The position numbers and the translations under genes were made by a program. Shown here one piece after another: positions 49,833 through 64,000 of a DNA stretch of 64,000 nucleotides. Below the pieces are notes generated by a model. That model saw only the letters and a program-made list of their open reading frames with translations. It searched no databases and was not told where the DNA came from. Origin of the DNA: Camelus ferus (taxonomy: Eukaryota); contig NC_045697.1 in the NCBI RefSeq assembly GCF_009834535.1, positions 11,844,001 to 11,908,000 of the forward strand. The letters are read 5' to 3'. Numbering within the stretch: position 1 is the stretch's first letter; each line of letters begins with the position of its first letter.

Positions 49833-51570
49833 CTCTAACTTGGGGTGTGCCTCCTGGAGGACCCTACATGCTGCTATGGACGTGGTCTGAGACCAGGCAG
49901 TGGGATGGGGTTTGGAGACCGGCTCGCTCACTCTCCAGCTGGCAAGTAGGACCCATCCGAGTGGTATGTGAGAGAGTCATCAACACAAGGAGATGGTCCA
50001 GTTACCGAAGAGTACACCAGTGGTGCCCTGGAAAAGTGTCCCCGTGAAAGGGACTTTGTCAGCGCATGGCTTCAAACACTTGGAAGGTAAGGGGAAGTAT
50101 TGCGTACAAGATGGCTGGTTATCACTGCCCTGTCTTGACTCAGCAGAGGGACAAAATAACAGTGTTTAATGGCCAAAGGCTGCTGTGAGTGCCTAGGGCA
50201 TCACTGGTTATCTCCTGCAGGTGGAGAACAGATAGCTGAGGAGCCAGGAGGTAGCAGATCAAAACCAGTACTGCATCCTAGGGATGGTGGTGGAGATGGT
50301 TGCTACCCTTGGAAGTCTAAAGGACGCTAGGAAGGCATCCCTGTCATAGCCCCACTTAATTTCCCAGCCGGGCCCTTGCAGAACCCAGGCAGGTGCTGGA
50401 GAGTGAGTATATACCAAGTAGCCTCGATCACAACCGTGGTGTTAGATGCGGTACTGACATTGGAGCAGTTAGAAAGGGCTCAGATGTGTGGTGTGCAGCC
50501 TTGTGGGCAAATTCATTCTCTTCTACCCCAATTAAGAAACAATTTGCATTAGTGTTCCTTTCCAGTTTTGCTCCGGGAATATGTTAACTCTTCCTCCCTC
50601 TGTCAATTTAATAGACACCCTGAATAGATTTATCGTCAAATCCTATTGTTTCTCCCTCCTAAATCCTGAATCAGTTCACATCTCTTCATCTGTACTGTTA
50701 CCTCTAAGCCATTCCCATCATCTCTAGACCACTCTGCTCTTGAGAGATTGACAGAATCAGATTATGCAAAAGAAAACAAGAATATTTTATCTATCAAGTT
50801 AAATTTCCTTGTCAATATTACCTACAGTGCAGAGAAGTAGAATTTCATGCACTGCTGGTGAAGGTGTAAATTGCTAGGGTCTTTCTGGTAATTTGGCGAT
50901 ATCACGCAGAAGACCTAGGATATGTATCCTTTGATGCTTTACTTCAATACTCAAGGAGTATGTCCTAAAGACAAAGTGGTAGAAGCATGCCAGGTTTACT
51001 TAGCAAAGATACAATTATTTGGGTATAATCTAGAAATTGAACATCTCTCACCGGCAACAAGAAAGAAGTCAAAACAGATGTGGGTCTCAGTAAAATTCTA
51101 TCCCTGCAGCGGTATTACGGTGACTTAAAGGACAGCAGTATGAAGTGCAGCCTGCTTTGTTAGTCATCAGGAGTTGCATAGTGATGGGAAATATTTCAAT
51201 AAACAAAAACAGAACTACCTGTTTAAAACACAAAACACAGACATAATCTTACAATGTTCACCCTAAGCAGGAAACAAAAGACACCTAAAAAAAATACTTG
51301 ATACTGGAAAAGAACATGGCATGTAACACGGATAGTAACAAGGATTTGCATTTTAAAAATTACTGGACCATGAGTTTTGATTAGGTAGTAAATTTGCCTT
51401 TAAATTGGGAGTTTGAGTTGTAATTGCATTTCTCTCAAAATGGCATAGTGCGTGAGCAGCTGTTTTACTGAAGATGATCTGACTGAGGTTAATGTGAACT
51501 TCCTATTTCCAAGTTCAGTCTTCATCTAATTTCACCCTTCTTTAGAAAATCAATACAAGTCACAACCATT

Positions 51571-51599
51571 TTTATTGCCCAGTTGTTCAAAGTTTTATT
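51571..51599 (-). terminator. Candidate FAM184B tandem polyadenylation signals
   Basis: TTTATT at 51594-51599 and 51571-51576 (AATAAA on the minus strand), followed on that strand by GU-rich sequence. Another signal lies at 52194-52199. Confidence 0.55.
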
Positions 51600-52624
51600 C
51601 AAAGAGCAAAGATTTGACAGTGCATAGAATAAATAGTTGTTTATGGGCCACCTGCTGGGCCAGCACCAAAGAATTAACATATTTTTCTCACTAGAAGTTG
51701 TATTGAGTCTTGTCAAATCGCACTGCTCTGTCAGAGGGTCAGACAGCTCAGTGTGGACTGCAGTGAGGTCACGCCCAGTTCTCTTTGACCTGCCGAGCAC
51801 CCATGCAGTGGGGAAGTCACGCACCAGGGGGGCAAGACTAGAGATTCAGTAGAGCTTTGACTTCAAAGAACAGATAATCTAGAATCCTTCGCAAATGACC
51901 AAGTCGATGCTACAGTCTTTGAAACTGAGATGTATGACAGGGCAAAGCTCAGTTATTCACAGAAAAATCCTGGCAAAGCTTAATTGCAATTCATGATTGG
52001 TAGCGTTACCCATATTATTTTACTTTCCTTCAGAAAGCGCCTTTTGAGGTAGGTGTTATGCCCTCTGTAATCTACTTGTCCTGGACCTAGGAAGACAAAA
52101 TACTTGATTCATGTATGCCAGGGTCTGCTACAGTCCATTCTCAGTAGTTTGGTTTTTTTTTAAATTGGCTTTCCTGGTTATTTTTGACCTTTGTTTATTC
52201 CTCTGCCTATTGAGGTTAGATGTGCACTTTGGAATTGTATCATTTACATAGGAGGACTTTTCACGTGAAGATGCCCAGCATCCTAGGAAAAATGAATCAC
52301 TTTAAAAGTAGACCCTGGATATCACAAAGTCTGCTGTTCCACAAGGAACAATCTATGGACACTGGATATATTACATGTAGGTCATCAGTAACATTAACAG
52401 CGTTTTCCTGTGGGAGCTAATCTGGTAACACTGGCTTGTTTTATCTTAATGTCACAATGAAACAGTATGAAATGTTAATGCAAGAATTTGTTTTAGCCAT
52501 ACATGTAAATCATACTACAAGCAAGTTATTTGGTTGACTGGTTTTCTAGTTCATTCCCTCATTCAGATGTTTCAAAAGAAATGTTTTTCAAATGTCCTCT
52601 TTGTGATGTATCCCAAGGATCAGT

Positions 52625-52834
<210 letters not shown>

Positions 52835-54002
52835 TCAAAAGATACTAGAATGTGGTGGGCCAAGGGCCAAGGTTCGTAGCTAGAAACAAGCTGTGAAGGA
52901 GCGGGGTAGGGGTGGGGGGGTAGCATCTGTTTTGAAAACAGGGTTCTCCATTGTTTCATTTAACACTAATGAGGCATATTTTGCAACATTTGCTATTTAA
53001 AACAATGTGAAGACAGCCTTAAACAGAGGTGTCCGAGAATGAGATGGACCCATGGCCAGGGTCAGGCGCCGGCTCTGGCAGTTCACAGACTGCTTGGGGC
53101 TTCCAGGCTCCCGTGTCCTCAGCTGTGAAACACAGGGCTGGACCTCGTCAACGACTGACAGGGGGTCCTTCCAGCTCAACACTCGTATTTGTCCAAATAG
53201 CCTTGGGAAAAGGAACACTTCAGAAGGAGCACTTTCTGAAATGCAAATTTCAAAGCCCAGAATTAAAGGTTATGCTCTGACTGGAAGGCTAAATAGGAAG
53301 AATTAATAAAGGGGGAAAAGCACACATTTCTGGAAAGGAAGCATGCTACGAGGGTTTCTGGGAATATAAGGCAGTATCAGAGATCTCATGATCAACCAAA
53401 CCCACAGATTAAGAGGCCTTAAAATTGCAAGAGTATACACTGTATCTTGAGAAATAACCCTAACAGTAGAAATACATTGAACGCGTCTGTGTCAGGTCTT
53501 GTGCTAAGCATGTCCTATGGATTAATTCCTTTAATGTCACATCAGTCTGATGAGGTAGCTGCTGTATTTTCATTTTAGAGGTGAGGAGACAGACTTAGAG
53601 AGGTCAAGTGAGCTGCCCAAAGCCACACAGCTAAGAATGAGGAGGACCAGAATTTGAATCTAGACTCAAGGCCAGATGATGAGAGTCCACTTCAATGTGA
53701 CCCACCCTGAGGTGGTCAGCTAAGTAGTGATTCAAAGTCCCCTATCTAATCATCCATTAACAACAACAACAAAAAAAGGCTTTCTGGAATTTGGTATCAG
53801 GAATAGTAAGTACCTTTTCTAAAGAATGACCTATTTCCCATCTCTTACATAGTCCTCCTCTTTGGCTGGATTGTAATTTGTCCAAGGCAGGGCTTGTTTT
53901 GTTACTCTTCTATCTGCCCACGTACTGGGCATTTAACAGGTGCTGGAAAGGAACTCTGGTTTCCTCCTGTCTGGAAAAATGGAACCACAGCTTTGGCCCC
54001 TA

Positions 54003-54290
<288 letters not shown>

Positions 54291-55033
54291 CTATATGAGC
54301 AAGGGAGCAATACTTTCATTTATACGCGTACATGTTATTTTTGAAAGCATCTTCTCCTCCAGTCTACTTTGTGTTTTAAAAAACATAGGTTCACAACCTC
54401 TTATCCAAAACTTCTGAAGACAAATGTGTTTTAATTTAAACTCCTGTTTTAGATTTGAAAAGGTCATATAACACACCCTGCAGAAGCTGGGCCCACCTTG
54501 TCCTCAAACACATTAATACTTCTGGAGTGAAACTTGCATTCGGTCACACTAAGAGGGAGATATAAAAGTTATAAATGAGCTCACATGAATTCAGCTTGGG
54601 TTTATAGTCTTATGAGTTATTTAAAAAATACACATTTTTTTTTAGCACTTGTAGGATTCTGTGATAGCAGATGAGAGATCTGGATGTGAATTTTCTCACT
54701 GTAATAAATTCCAAAAATATAAAAGGAAAAGAAGTGAAGGATTCCTGCTCTTCCCTCTCCTTCCTATCACCAGTTATAGCCATTATTAATAGTGACACAT
54801 TTATTTATTAAAACGTTGGAAAATACAAAAACTCCATAAAACTTAAAAATACACATAATCTGTCTAGACAGATATAAATACTGTTTGTTAATAATTTGGA
54901 CTACTTCCTGTGGGTCTTATTTTCAATGAGTATTCCTCTAAATGTATGCCAGCCTGTTGATAAATAAGCTGCCATTACCTTCGGGAAAAACGAAACCAGC
55001 AGAACTGTGTAATGTGTTGCAACCTTTGAACTA

Positions 55034-55168
<135 letters not shown>

Positions 55169-55540
55169 TCAATGAGCCTGGCTACACAGCACTGGGTTTG
55201 ACCTGAAGGAAGACGGCTGCGTGAGGGCGGAACACAGAGCAGAAGAAAGCCCGAGGGAGGGAGGGGAAGCCAGCGGGAATCAAGCTGCCACCCACTGAAG
55301 CTGTGAGGAAGCAGCTTTATTTCTGGGGCCTTGTGTCCCCAGTGCCTCTTGTAAAGGAAAGGGCAGGCTTGTTTGGAATGCCTTAGGGAAGTCAGAGATG
55401 CAGGTCGTCTTGGGATCTGACAAGAGTCTACTGCAGAAAGTGATTAGTTAAGGTGAAGAAAGAAAACAGCCAGGTGCAGTCTCTTATGTGGCCAGTCTCG
55501 TGTTTACATGCCATTCTCCACTTTTTTCCTTCCTGCTGTA

Positions 55541-55666
55541 TTTTTTTGGGGGGTGGGGGGAGGTAATTAGTTATTTATTTCTTTTTAGAGGAGGTACTAG
55601 GGATTGAACCCAGGACCTCATGCCTGCTAAGCACAGGCTCTACCAGTTGAGCTATCCCCTCCCCCC
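55541..55666 (-). mobile_element. tRNA-Ala-derived SINE (camelid vic-1-like)
   Basis: Minus strand: GGGGGAGGGGATAGCTCAACTGGTAGAGC...GCTTAGCAGGCATGAGGTCCTGGGTTCAATCCCTAGTACCTCC; same family as 18430-18556. Confidence 0.88.
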
Positions 55667-55905
55667 ATATTGTTTTATAGCAAATTCCAATCATTGTGTA
55701 ACATGTGTAAAAACATCGGTAAGTATTTCTAAGAGATAAGGACTCTTTTTAAAAAAAAAACAATAACTACAACATCTTTGTTATACTTAGCAAACAAGCA
55801 ATTCCTTATTAGTATTACCTAATTTTCAGTTAGTGGTTGAGTTTTCCTGATCATCTTGACACGAAACAGCATGACAGGAGCAGGAGGGTGGGAGGACAGA
55901 CGTGA

Positions 55906-55908
<3 letters not shown>

Positions 55909-55956
<48 letters not shown>
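55909..55956. repeat. (GT)24 microsatellite in a FAM184B intron
   Basis: 48 nt of perfect GT repeat. Confidence 0.97.
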
Positions 55957-55957
<1 letters not shown>

Positions 55958-56639
55958 GTGGGAGCATGTGAAGCTGCGCAAACCACTGTAAGACCATGGA
56001 TTTTACTCTGAGGAAGATGGGAAGCCACAGGAGGTGCTGAACAGAGCCGTGCTGTGACCTGACTTACAGTTCTATAAGAGCACTTTGGTTGCTGTGAGGT
56101 GAGCATGGTCGGGTAAGGGTGGATTGAGTGGGGAGACCAGCAGACTCTCCATGATGCACCTGAGAGGCAGTGGGACTTGGACCAACATGGAGATGAAGGT
56201 AGAGATGAAGGTACAGAGTGAAGGCAGAGATGGCGGGAAGTGGCTGGACTAGCTGTCCTGCTGTGGGCCACAGGGACAGGAGTGAGTCTATCACCCGGTG
56301 TCTCCAGAGCTGAATGTAAGCCACTGGGAGCTGGCTTACAACGAACTCTCAGCCAAAGCATGAAGCACAGGGAGGCCGGACCAGAGCCTCAAACAGCGGT
56401 CGAAGTGTGTGGAGACACGGGCGTGAGGTGCGAGCCAGTCTTGATTTCCCCAAGTTCTGTTGGTTAAAAAAACCAAACCAATATCAACATCAGGGGCTTA
56501 GGAGTAGAGTGATTTTTTTTCCTTCTATTTTCCTGTTTTGATTTTGTTAGTGAATATTTTTTTTCATGTAATAGAAAACAACAAAGGATGTTTTGTAAGG
56601 GGGCTTTACAGTTATCAGAATGCAAGTTCCAGGCACTCA

Positions 56640-56801
<162 letters not shown>

Positions 56802-58504
56802 TCAAGCAGGCGTGCAGTTAGGCCCCAGGCCGCAATTACTGAACCGCGAGGAGGGAGAAGACGAGGATGCTGCTGTGCGCTTGGCCCCTCCACCCACTCG
56901 GTTCACGAACGTGCAAACGGACGCCCAGAGAGCTTGCCCAGGGCTACCCGGTGAGATGGTTGCAGAGCTCCAAGTGGAGTCCAGGACCCCACCTCCCAGT
57001 CTGATTTTGTCAGTTCCCCCAGGGCTGCAGGGCCCAGGTGTGCACACAAATGCCCCATTCAGTGGGGCTTCAAGAACCAGGGAGGTTTGGGAGAAGAAGC
57101 CAATGCGGGAAACTAAATTTCCCCACATCCACCAAGGCCAGCAGGTTATGTTAATAAAGATGTGGCTCCCACGCCATCTGCTGGCGGCCAGAGAGCATGG
57201 CATGAGCTTATTCTGCAGAGCAGAGGGGCAAGTGGTACCCACCACAGCCCTTACAGCAACGTGAAGCTGGAGAGAAATAACCCTCCGGTCAGTGGGTCAG
57301 TGCAGGAGAGAGAGGGGGCGAGGGCTGCGGGTGATTACTGACTGTAGTTGGTGAGAGGCCAGGGCTTTGGGGTGAGATGAATTGGGCTCTAATCCCAGCT
57401 CTGCTTTTTTCTAGCTGAGTAAACTTGGGCATAGCATTTTGCCCATGAGCGCCTCAGCTCCTCCTTTAAAATGGGTGTGAAATTGGGTGCTATGAGGACT
57501 CAGTGAGATAATGCATTTCTGGCACCTGGTAAGTACCCATTAGATGGCAGCTGGTAAAATCTTCCACCCTGTATTTGGCATGATTTGCTTTGTACTAGAG
57601 ACAGTGGGACAGTTTTTAAGAGCACAAGTTAAGGGTCAGACAGGTGACATTTAAATTTACTTAGTGCTGCTTGACCTGGTCTCCCTGTCACTGACCCTGA
57701 TCTCCCAGTCTCTTCTCCTCTCAGCAGCCACAAGTGACCCTGTTAGAAGGTAAATCAGACCACGTCACTCGTGCTCAAAGCCTTGTACACCCAAACATCT
57801 TCCCGTTCAGTACAGCATTCTCTTCATCCCTCCCAGCTACCCCACCAACTCCAATTCCTACCACTCACTCTAGCACTCATTCCACTTCAGCCTTGTGGCT
57901 GTTTGGGCTCGTGAAGCAGGCCCCAGGGCCTTTGCACTTGCTGTTCTGGCTGCTTGGAATGCTCCTGCTCCAGATGGCTCCCTTCACTTCTCACCTCTTC
58001 ATGCTCAAATGTCACCTACTTGCCCACCCTTGGCTCTCTCTAGGCACTGGTCCTGCTTTCCTTCTAGCACTTTCACCACCTGATATGAAGTTAAATATTT
58101 ATTTGTTTGCTAGTTTGTCAGAATCCCCACCGAGAATTTGTGAGCACTATGAGAGCACAGTCTTTGTTTTATTCCCGATTGTAACCCCAGAGTCTAAAAC
58201 AGTGCAAGGAACACAGTAGGTCCTTAATAAATATTTGTTGAATGAATAAATGAATGCATGCAAAAATGAATGAGGGGCCCTTGATTTCTTTATCTATCCA
58301 TGGGAGTAACTGTCTTCTCCCTGAAGAACCATGAAGATTAAATGAGATGATGCATATCAGAAGAGGAAAATGCTCATTAAAAAAAAAAGCCTCAATCCTT
58401 CTGATTTCTTCCAAGTGTGAGGGTCAAACCGAACCCATGAGTCAGTGCTCATTCCTCAGATTCCCACTGCCCTGCACAAGAGGGAAATGTGGTCTCATAA
58501 AAGG

Positions 58505-58618
58505 ACAGGTGATTAACCATTCCAGTTTGCCCGGGACTGAGGCGCTCCCCGGAGCTCAGGACTTCTTGTTTCAAAACTGGGAGAGTCCTGGGGACAGTGA
58601 GATGAGTTGGTCTCCCTA
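58505..58618. mobile_element. MER94-like hAT MITE
   Basis: ggtgattaaccattccagtttgcccgggactgagg...aaaactgggagagtcctggg...gagttggtctccct, with imperfect terminal inverted repeats. Confidence 0.7.
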
Positions 58619-58671
58619 ATAAAAGGGTACAGACACTAATCCCTCCCACTCTGGGGCCAAGGCCTCACTTA

Positions 58672-58866
<195 letters not shown>

Positions 58867-60059
58867 CTAGGGATGGACCCTCTCAGGCACTGGGGTTTCC
58901 TTCCCCCTCTGCCGGGTGGCCAGGTTTGGGAGACAATGGGTGGGGGTGGTTATGAATCTGAGGTCAGGACACCATGGGAGGAGACCTGGGGTCCCTGAGC
59001 TGTGGAGTCCAGGATAAACCCAGCTTGTGGGACCCCATCTCAGCACCTCCCACCCCAACATTCCTTGAAGCATGGAGGGCAGCCTGCAGGGGGAGAGGGT
59101 AGGGGACAGCTCTGGAGGGGAGTCCCAGAAAACACTCCCTTTACTTGGGGCAGGTGGGGGCAACCAGAGGCTGAGATTCTGTATCAGAATTACCAAACAC
59201 TGGGACTCTGAGACCTGGGGACCAGCAGTCCACTGTGGAAAAGCAGGGTGGGTGAGGGGTTAGGAGAACAGCATCCAGAGCCAGGCTTCCTGCAGCCTCC
59301 TCCATCACCTCCTAGCTGTGTGACCTCAGGTGAGCTACACTCTGCTCAGTGTCTCCACCTGTCAACAGTGGCTACCTTGTAGGGTTAGTGCAAGGATGAA
59401 TCAGGTTAATCCATGTCCAGAACAGCCCGTGGCACAAAGCACATGTTCAACCATCAGCTATCATTTTTCTTAACCTTGAAGTGGGTCACAGACCAGCCTG
59501 GATAAACTAGTGATAGTGACCACCACAATTTACCAAGTGCCATGGTCAGTGCCAAGCGTTTGTGTAAGTTTCACTGCATTCTGCAACATCCCTGAGAGGA
59601 GCTGCTGCCTTCTCCATTTGACAGGTAAGGGCATAGTCAGAGGGGAGGGGACTCCCCCAAGTCGCACAGCTAGTTAAGAGCACACAGCACTGTCTTGAGC
59701 TATTCCACTGCTCTGTCTCCCTAAGGCTGGTTTTGAGGCTACTTTTCGCATTGTTAGGGTGGATTCCATAAATTCCCTGATCTGTAGGGAAATAGATAAA
59801 CCCCTCCTCTCTATTTCAGGGCAAATTCCCTGTGGTTTTGCGATCTAGAATTCCTAGACCACTGATACTTTCCTTGGGTCACAGAAGTGACATCAGTGAG
59901 GTGCTGGCATATGAGGGAGTCTTTGGGAAGATGCGGAGGATGCGACCCAATCTTAGATCCCAGAGGCTCACCAAGGAGCAATGGAGGGAGTGGGGGAGGC
60001 GGGAAGGGAAGGAGGGAAGGAAGGAGGGAGGGAGGGGAGCTCTGGGGCCCCAGGCCTAC

Positions 60060-60232
60060 TTGCGCTGGTCGCGGAGCTGCAGCGCCTCCTGCTGGTGCTG
60101 TTCCACCTCCGCCTGCAGCCGCCGCACCTCCTCCTTGAGCTCCGAGTTCTCCTCCCGGAGGCCGCATCCCTCGCGGGGCTCCTGCGCAGCAGCGCCCTTC
60201 GGGGACCCCGTCTGGCCGGGGCTGCCCGCCTC
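60060..60232 (-). CDS. FAM184B: FAM184B exon (6th from last)
   Basis: EAGSPGQTGSPKGAAAQEPREGCGLREENSELKEEVRRLQAEVEQHQQEALQLRDQR; 173 nt, phase-compatible with its neighbours. Confidence 0.91.
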
Positions 60233-62420
60233 CTGGGGAGAAAAAGCGGTTTGCAGGAGGCGCAAGGGCAGACAAGGGCCACAGACGTGCTGCGGCAAAG
60301 ACCCAGCCTGCGCTCCGCCCGCCTGGAGCCCAAACTGGGCTCCTGACTTTAGCAGCTCACGTTTAGCCGCTTAAAGTTTCCCTGCATTGCGAGTTGACCA
60401 AATCGGGGCCTCAGAAATGCCGGTGAGCCCAGAATGTGGCTTAAATGAAAACAGGCCCAACTCTCCACCTGCGTGCTGCTCCCAGGCGGAGGCCGTGCCG
60501 GCTGTCTCTCTGCCTACGGACGCTGACGGCCCTGCTGACATGCTGGCTTCCTCCACCAGCCCAGGAGCCGTCCTGGGAAGGACCTGTCTCCCCTTCGTCT
60601 TCCCAGTCCCATAACCCCGAGCGCAGTGGCTGGGATTCAGTAGGCGCCAAATGCACACCTGCTATGAAATGATGCTTGAATGCCAGTGGTTCAGACAGAA
60701 ATACAGATTTGTCCGACATTAAATCAGGGGGGTCAGGGTCATTCCCTGATGAGTGAATGTCGCAGTTTTCAAGTCCAGGCAAACATGCCTGAAGGCTTGT
60801 GCATCTGTTCATTCCACACAAGGACTAAACAGGAGCGTGTGGCCCAGGCCCCGGACCTCTTTCTTCCTGCCCTGGGGTCTGCATGGTGTGGGACCCCCCT
60901 GAGCACCACCTGGCACTCACACCCTGGTTAGGGTCCTGTGAGGCCACCCCTGACTAATGGGAGAATGAGAAGGAAATCCCTCTGTCCTTGGCTGGGACAA
61001 ATTTGAGAATTATTTCATGGGGCTCCTTAGAAGATCCCAGCGGCTGGAACACTGCTTACCTGCAGTGGCGGCCTCCTTGGGAACCCATCCTTCTACTGCA
61101 CCCGCATCACTCCTGCTGCCTGAGGCTGGTCCTCCTTGTGTATGTATTTCTTCTCTGCGTGGGATATTGTGTGAGGCCTGGCTGTTTCTCCCAGAGGGTT
61201 CAGGGCTTCCCTCCAGTGAGGTGAAGGTCAGGGCTGGCGAGTGGATCACCAGGTATGGTCTCATCCACCCAGCCCGCTTCTCTATCCATAACCCTCAGGG
61301 GAGCCTGTCACTGTGGAGAGCCCAACATTGGACCCTCCAGCCACCAGCTGTCATCATCCCACAGTCCCCATCCCCTTCCACCGGTACAGGTGGCTCCCAC
61401 TGGTCTAGAACACGGCACAGATCACGTTCCGTCTTCCATCTGCTGGACTTTACCGACCAGGATGATCTTACTGTGATTCACACTTGTTCATAATGCTCAC
61501 GAAACATGAGAATCGAATTAGGTGCTCGGTACCACCAAAATACAAAATGAACGACCCCATGTTCCTGCGATCTTTGGCAGGGCTGGGACACCAACTAATC
61601 ATGGCCATTGGAAACCCTGGTGGAGACCCTACTGTGTGCAGAACTGTGTGCTGAGTGCGGGAGGCGGGGGTGGGGATGAGATGAAGCAGACATGGCTGCT
61701 CTCACGGGACTCCTGATCCAGGGAGGAAGGAAACAAGGACACCTGTGAAATGCCAGGTCCCTGACGGCATCGGCAGTAGGTGCCGGTGCCAGCTGAGCTG
61801 TAGCAACGGGAAGTGCTCCAGGGGCTCACAGGTGTGGAGGGGCCCCAGCGTGGAGGGCTGGGCTGGGCCCTGAAGTGGGAGGAGGGGTCCCAGGCAGGGG
61901 GCAAAGGCCCTGAGGGAAGGTGCAGAGCCCACGTTTAGCACAGAGGGCGATACGCTGGAGATTCGAACCACGGCCAGTGGCTGAAGGCTTTTCAGTGTCA
62001 CACCCGGCATCTGGAGCTTACTCTGATGGGATTAGGGAGCCACTGAAGGCTCTACACAGGCGCGCTTTAGATGAGGACCTGAAGCCATCTGTGGTGGGCC
62101 GTGGAGAGAGGCCTGGGCTGTGAGGAGTCACTGCGCTCAAATTATGGACAGGTAAGGAGGGGGCTGAGTCTGACCAGAAAGTTCAAGGAGAGTCAGCATC
62201 TGGTGACAGAAAAGCAGCCCCCACCCATGGGAACAGGGAGGGCTGGACAGGGAGTCTGTCTGGGAAGGTGTTCGTGAAATCCCCTGCAGGCCCAAAGGAG
62301 TAACCCCGACGGGCTGTCTCCAGGCCTGTCTGGCACCAACCCCCTGAGATGCTATTGTATCTGAATCAAAAATAACACACTGCACTTAAAACTTAAAGAT
62401 GGGAGGCTGCAGGCTCATCA

Positions 62421-62807
<387 letters not shown>

Positions 62808-63951
62808 TCAAGAGAACAGTAACAACAGTATCATGTGTAGAGCATTAACTCTGCTAAACCCTAGACAACTATTTTCACTTAAGCCCTACAACCATGCTCT
62901 CCAGGATCATCCTTCCCATCTGATGATGCGGGAAATGTTGACACTGCTGCCAACTCTTAAGGAGACAAAACATTCACAGGTTCTCCTCATGGGTATAACA
63001 AGGTCTTGGCTGGATTGTGGAGGCAGGAGATGACAGAGCTGACATGCGGTGAGCAGCACATACTGTCTAATAAAAACTCAACCAAGCAGCAGGTAGATCA
63101 TATTCATATATAGAGGTTAAGAAAATGCTCTTCCCAGAATTCTCTTAAGGAGAGCCCTGTCTGGGTTTGAAAAAAATGTTAAAAAGAAAAAAAAAGCCAA
63201 TACAGTCTTTAAAACTAGGCTGCAAATAAGGAGGGCATCTGTCTTGCTATTAAGAGTGGGAAAGAAGATGAGAGTAAAGGTAAAAATGAGGGAGAGCAAT
63301 GATCTACAACAATGAGATGGATACTATTATTATTCCCATTTTACAGATAAGCAACTGAGTCACAGAGCAGTTAAGCAACTTGCCCAACGTCACACAGCTG
63401 GTGAGCATTAGAGCTGGGCTTCGAGCCCAGGCAATGTGGCTCTGGAGCTCTTTGCTGCCTCTGGTAACTTCCAGAAATCTTTGTGTGCTGGGTTTCTGCT
63501 GTGGGAACTGAAGAGGAGGCGAGTTTCGTGCTGGGGATAGCGTGGGGGCGGGGAAAGGACGCAGAGGAACGTGCAGGAGCCCGGAGGCCGAAGTCCCCGA
63601 ATTTGCAGAAACCTTCAGAATGGAAACGAGAGGTTGAGGCCATCTCATTAAACTCTCCTGAAGGCTCAGAGATCTGGCTTATGTTCCGTGACGATGCTGC
63701 TGACGTTACCTGCACTCACTGGTCTCATGCTATACGCTAAGCATTTTAGATTTAACATCTCATCAAACCCATACAACGCTTCTATGAGTTCGGGACAAGT
63801 GTGACTAAATTTTATAGAAAAGGAAAGTGATGCTGAGAGTGACCGGCCCCACAGCTCGCAGCCAGCTGGTGGCAGAGCCAGGAGAGCCACCCTGGCCCTT
63901 GCCCCTGGGCCCCACGCTGCCCCGGAGTCCAGGTGTGCAGCGGGCTGGTAC

Positions 63952-64000
63952 CTAGCAGCAGCCCCTGCTGGGCCTGCACCCGCTCCAGCTCCCCCTGCAG
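63952..64000 (-). CDS. FAM184B: FAM184B exon (8th from last), truncated by the window edge
   Basis: LQGELERVQAQQGLLL plus one G, then a GTACC donor. The G joins AG of the next exon to give Glu in frame. Confidence 0.85.
   Translation of the reverse strand, partial: CRGSWSGCRPSRGCC

Noticed and set aside
55590..55666. tRNA-Ala-like sequences here and at 18480-18556
   Set aside because: They have A-rich tails, no proper acceptor stem and occur as multiple copies, so they are SINEs rather than tRNA genes.
59811..60374. Several overlapping 120-180 aa ORFs on both strands
   Set aside because: They are shadows of the GC-rich FAM184B exon at 60060-60232.

Overview
This is mammalian genomic DNA, most likely from a camelid, judging by two tRNA-Ala-derived SINEs that resemble vic-1. 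It carries the conserved LAP3 - MED28 - FAM184B gene block. LAP3 (+, 13 coding exons, 14481-36749) and MED28 (+, 4 coding exons, 40051-46727, 178 aa) are complete. The last 8 coding exons of FAM184B (-, 52625 to beyond 64000) converge on MED28. The rest is introns and intergenic DNA rich in L1, L2, MIR, LTR and DNA-transposon remnants, and nearly all ORFs in the supplied track are spurious. I found no evidence for a wholly new gene system. The observations most worth checking are: (1) a +1 frameshift in LAP3 exon 6, possibly an assembly error, with a frame-restoring CAG acceptor 10 nt downstream; (2) a candidate interferon-response architecture for LAP3, made of a MER41-like LTR with a perfect GAS site ~9 kb upstream plus IRF/GAS motifs around exon 2 and in the promoter; (3) a recent ~240-bp local duplication of an ancient L2 end; (4) a TSD-flanked, polyadenylated orphan retro-insert in LAP3 intron 7; (5) an inverted YY1-like pair that forms a hairpin over the MED28 start codon. 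Repeat family names and comparisons with orthologues come from recalled sequences, not from a database search.
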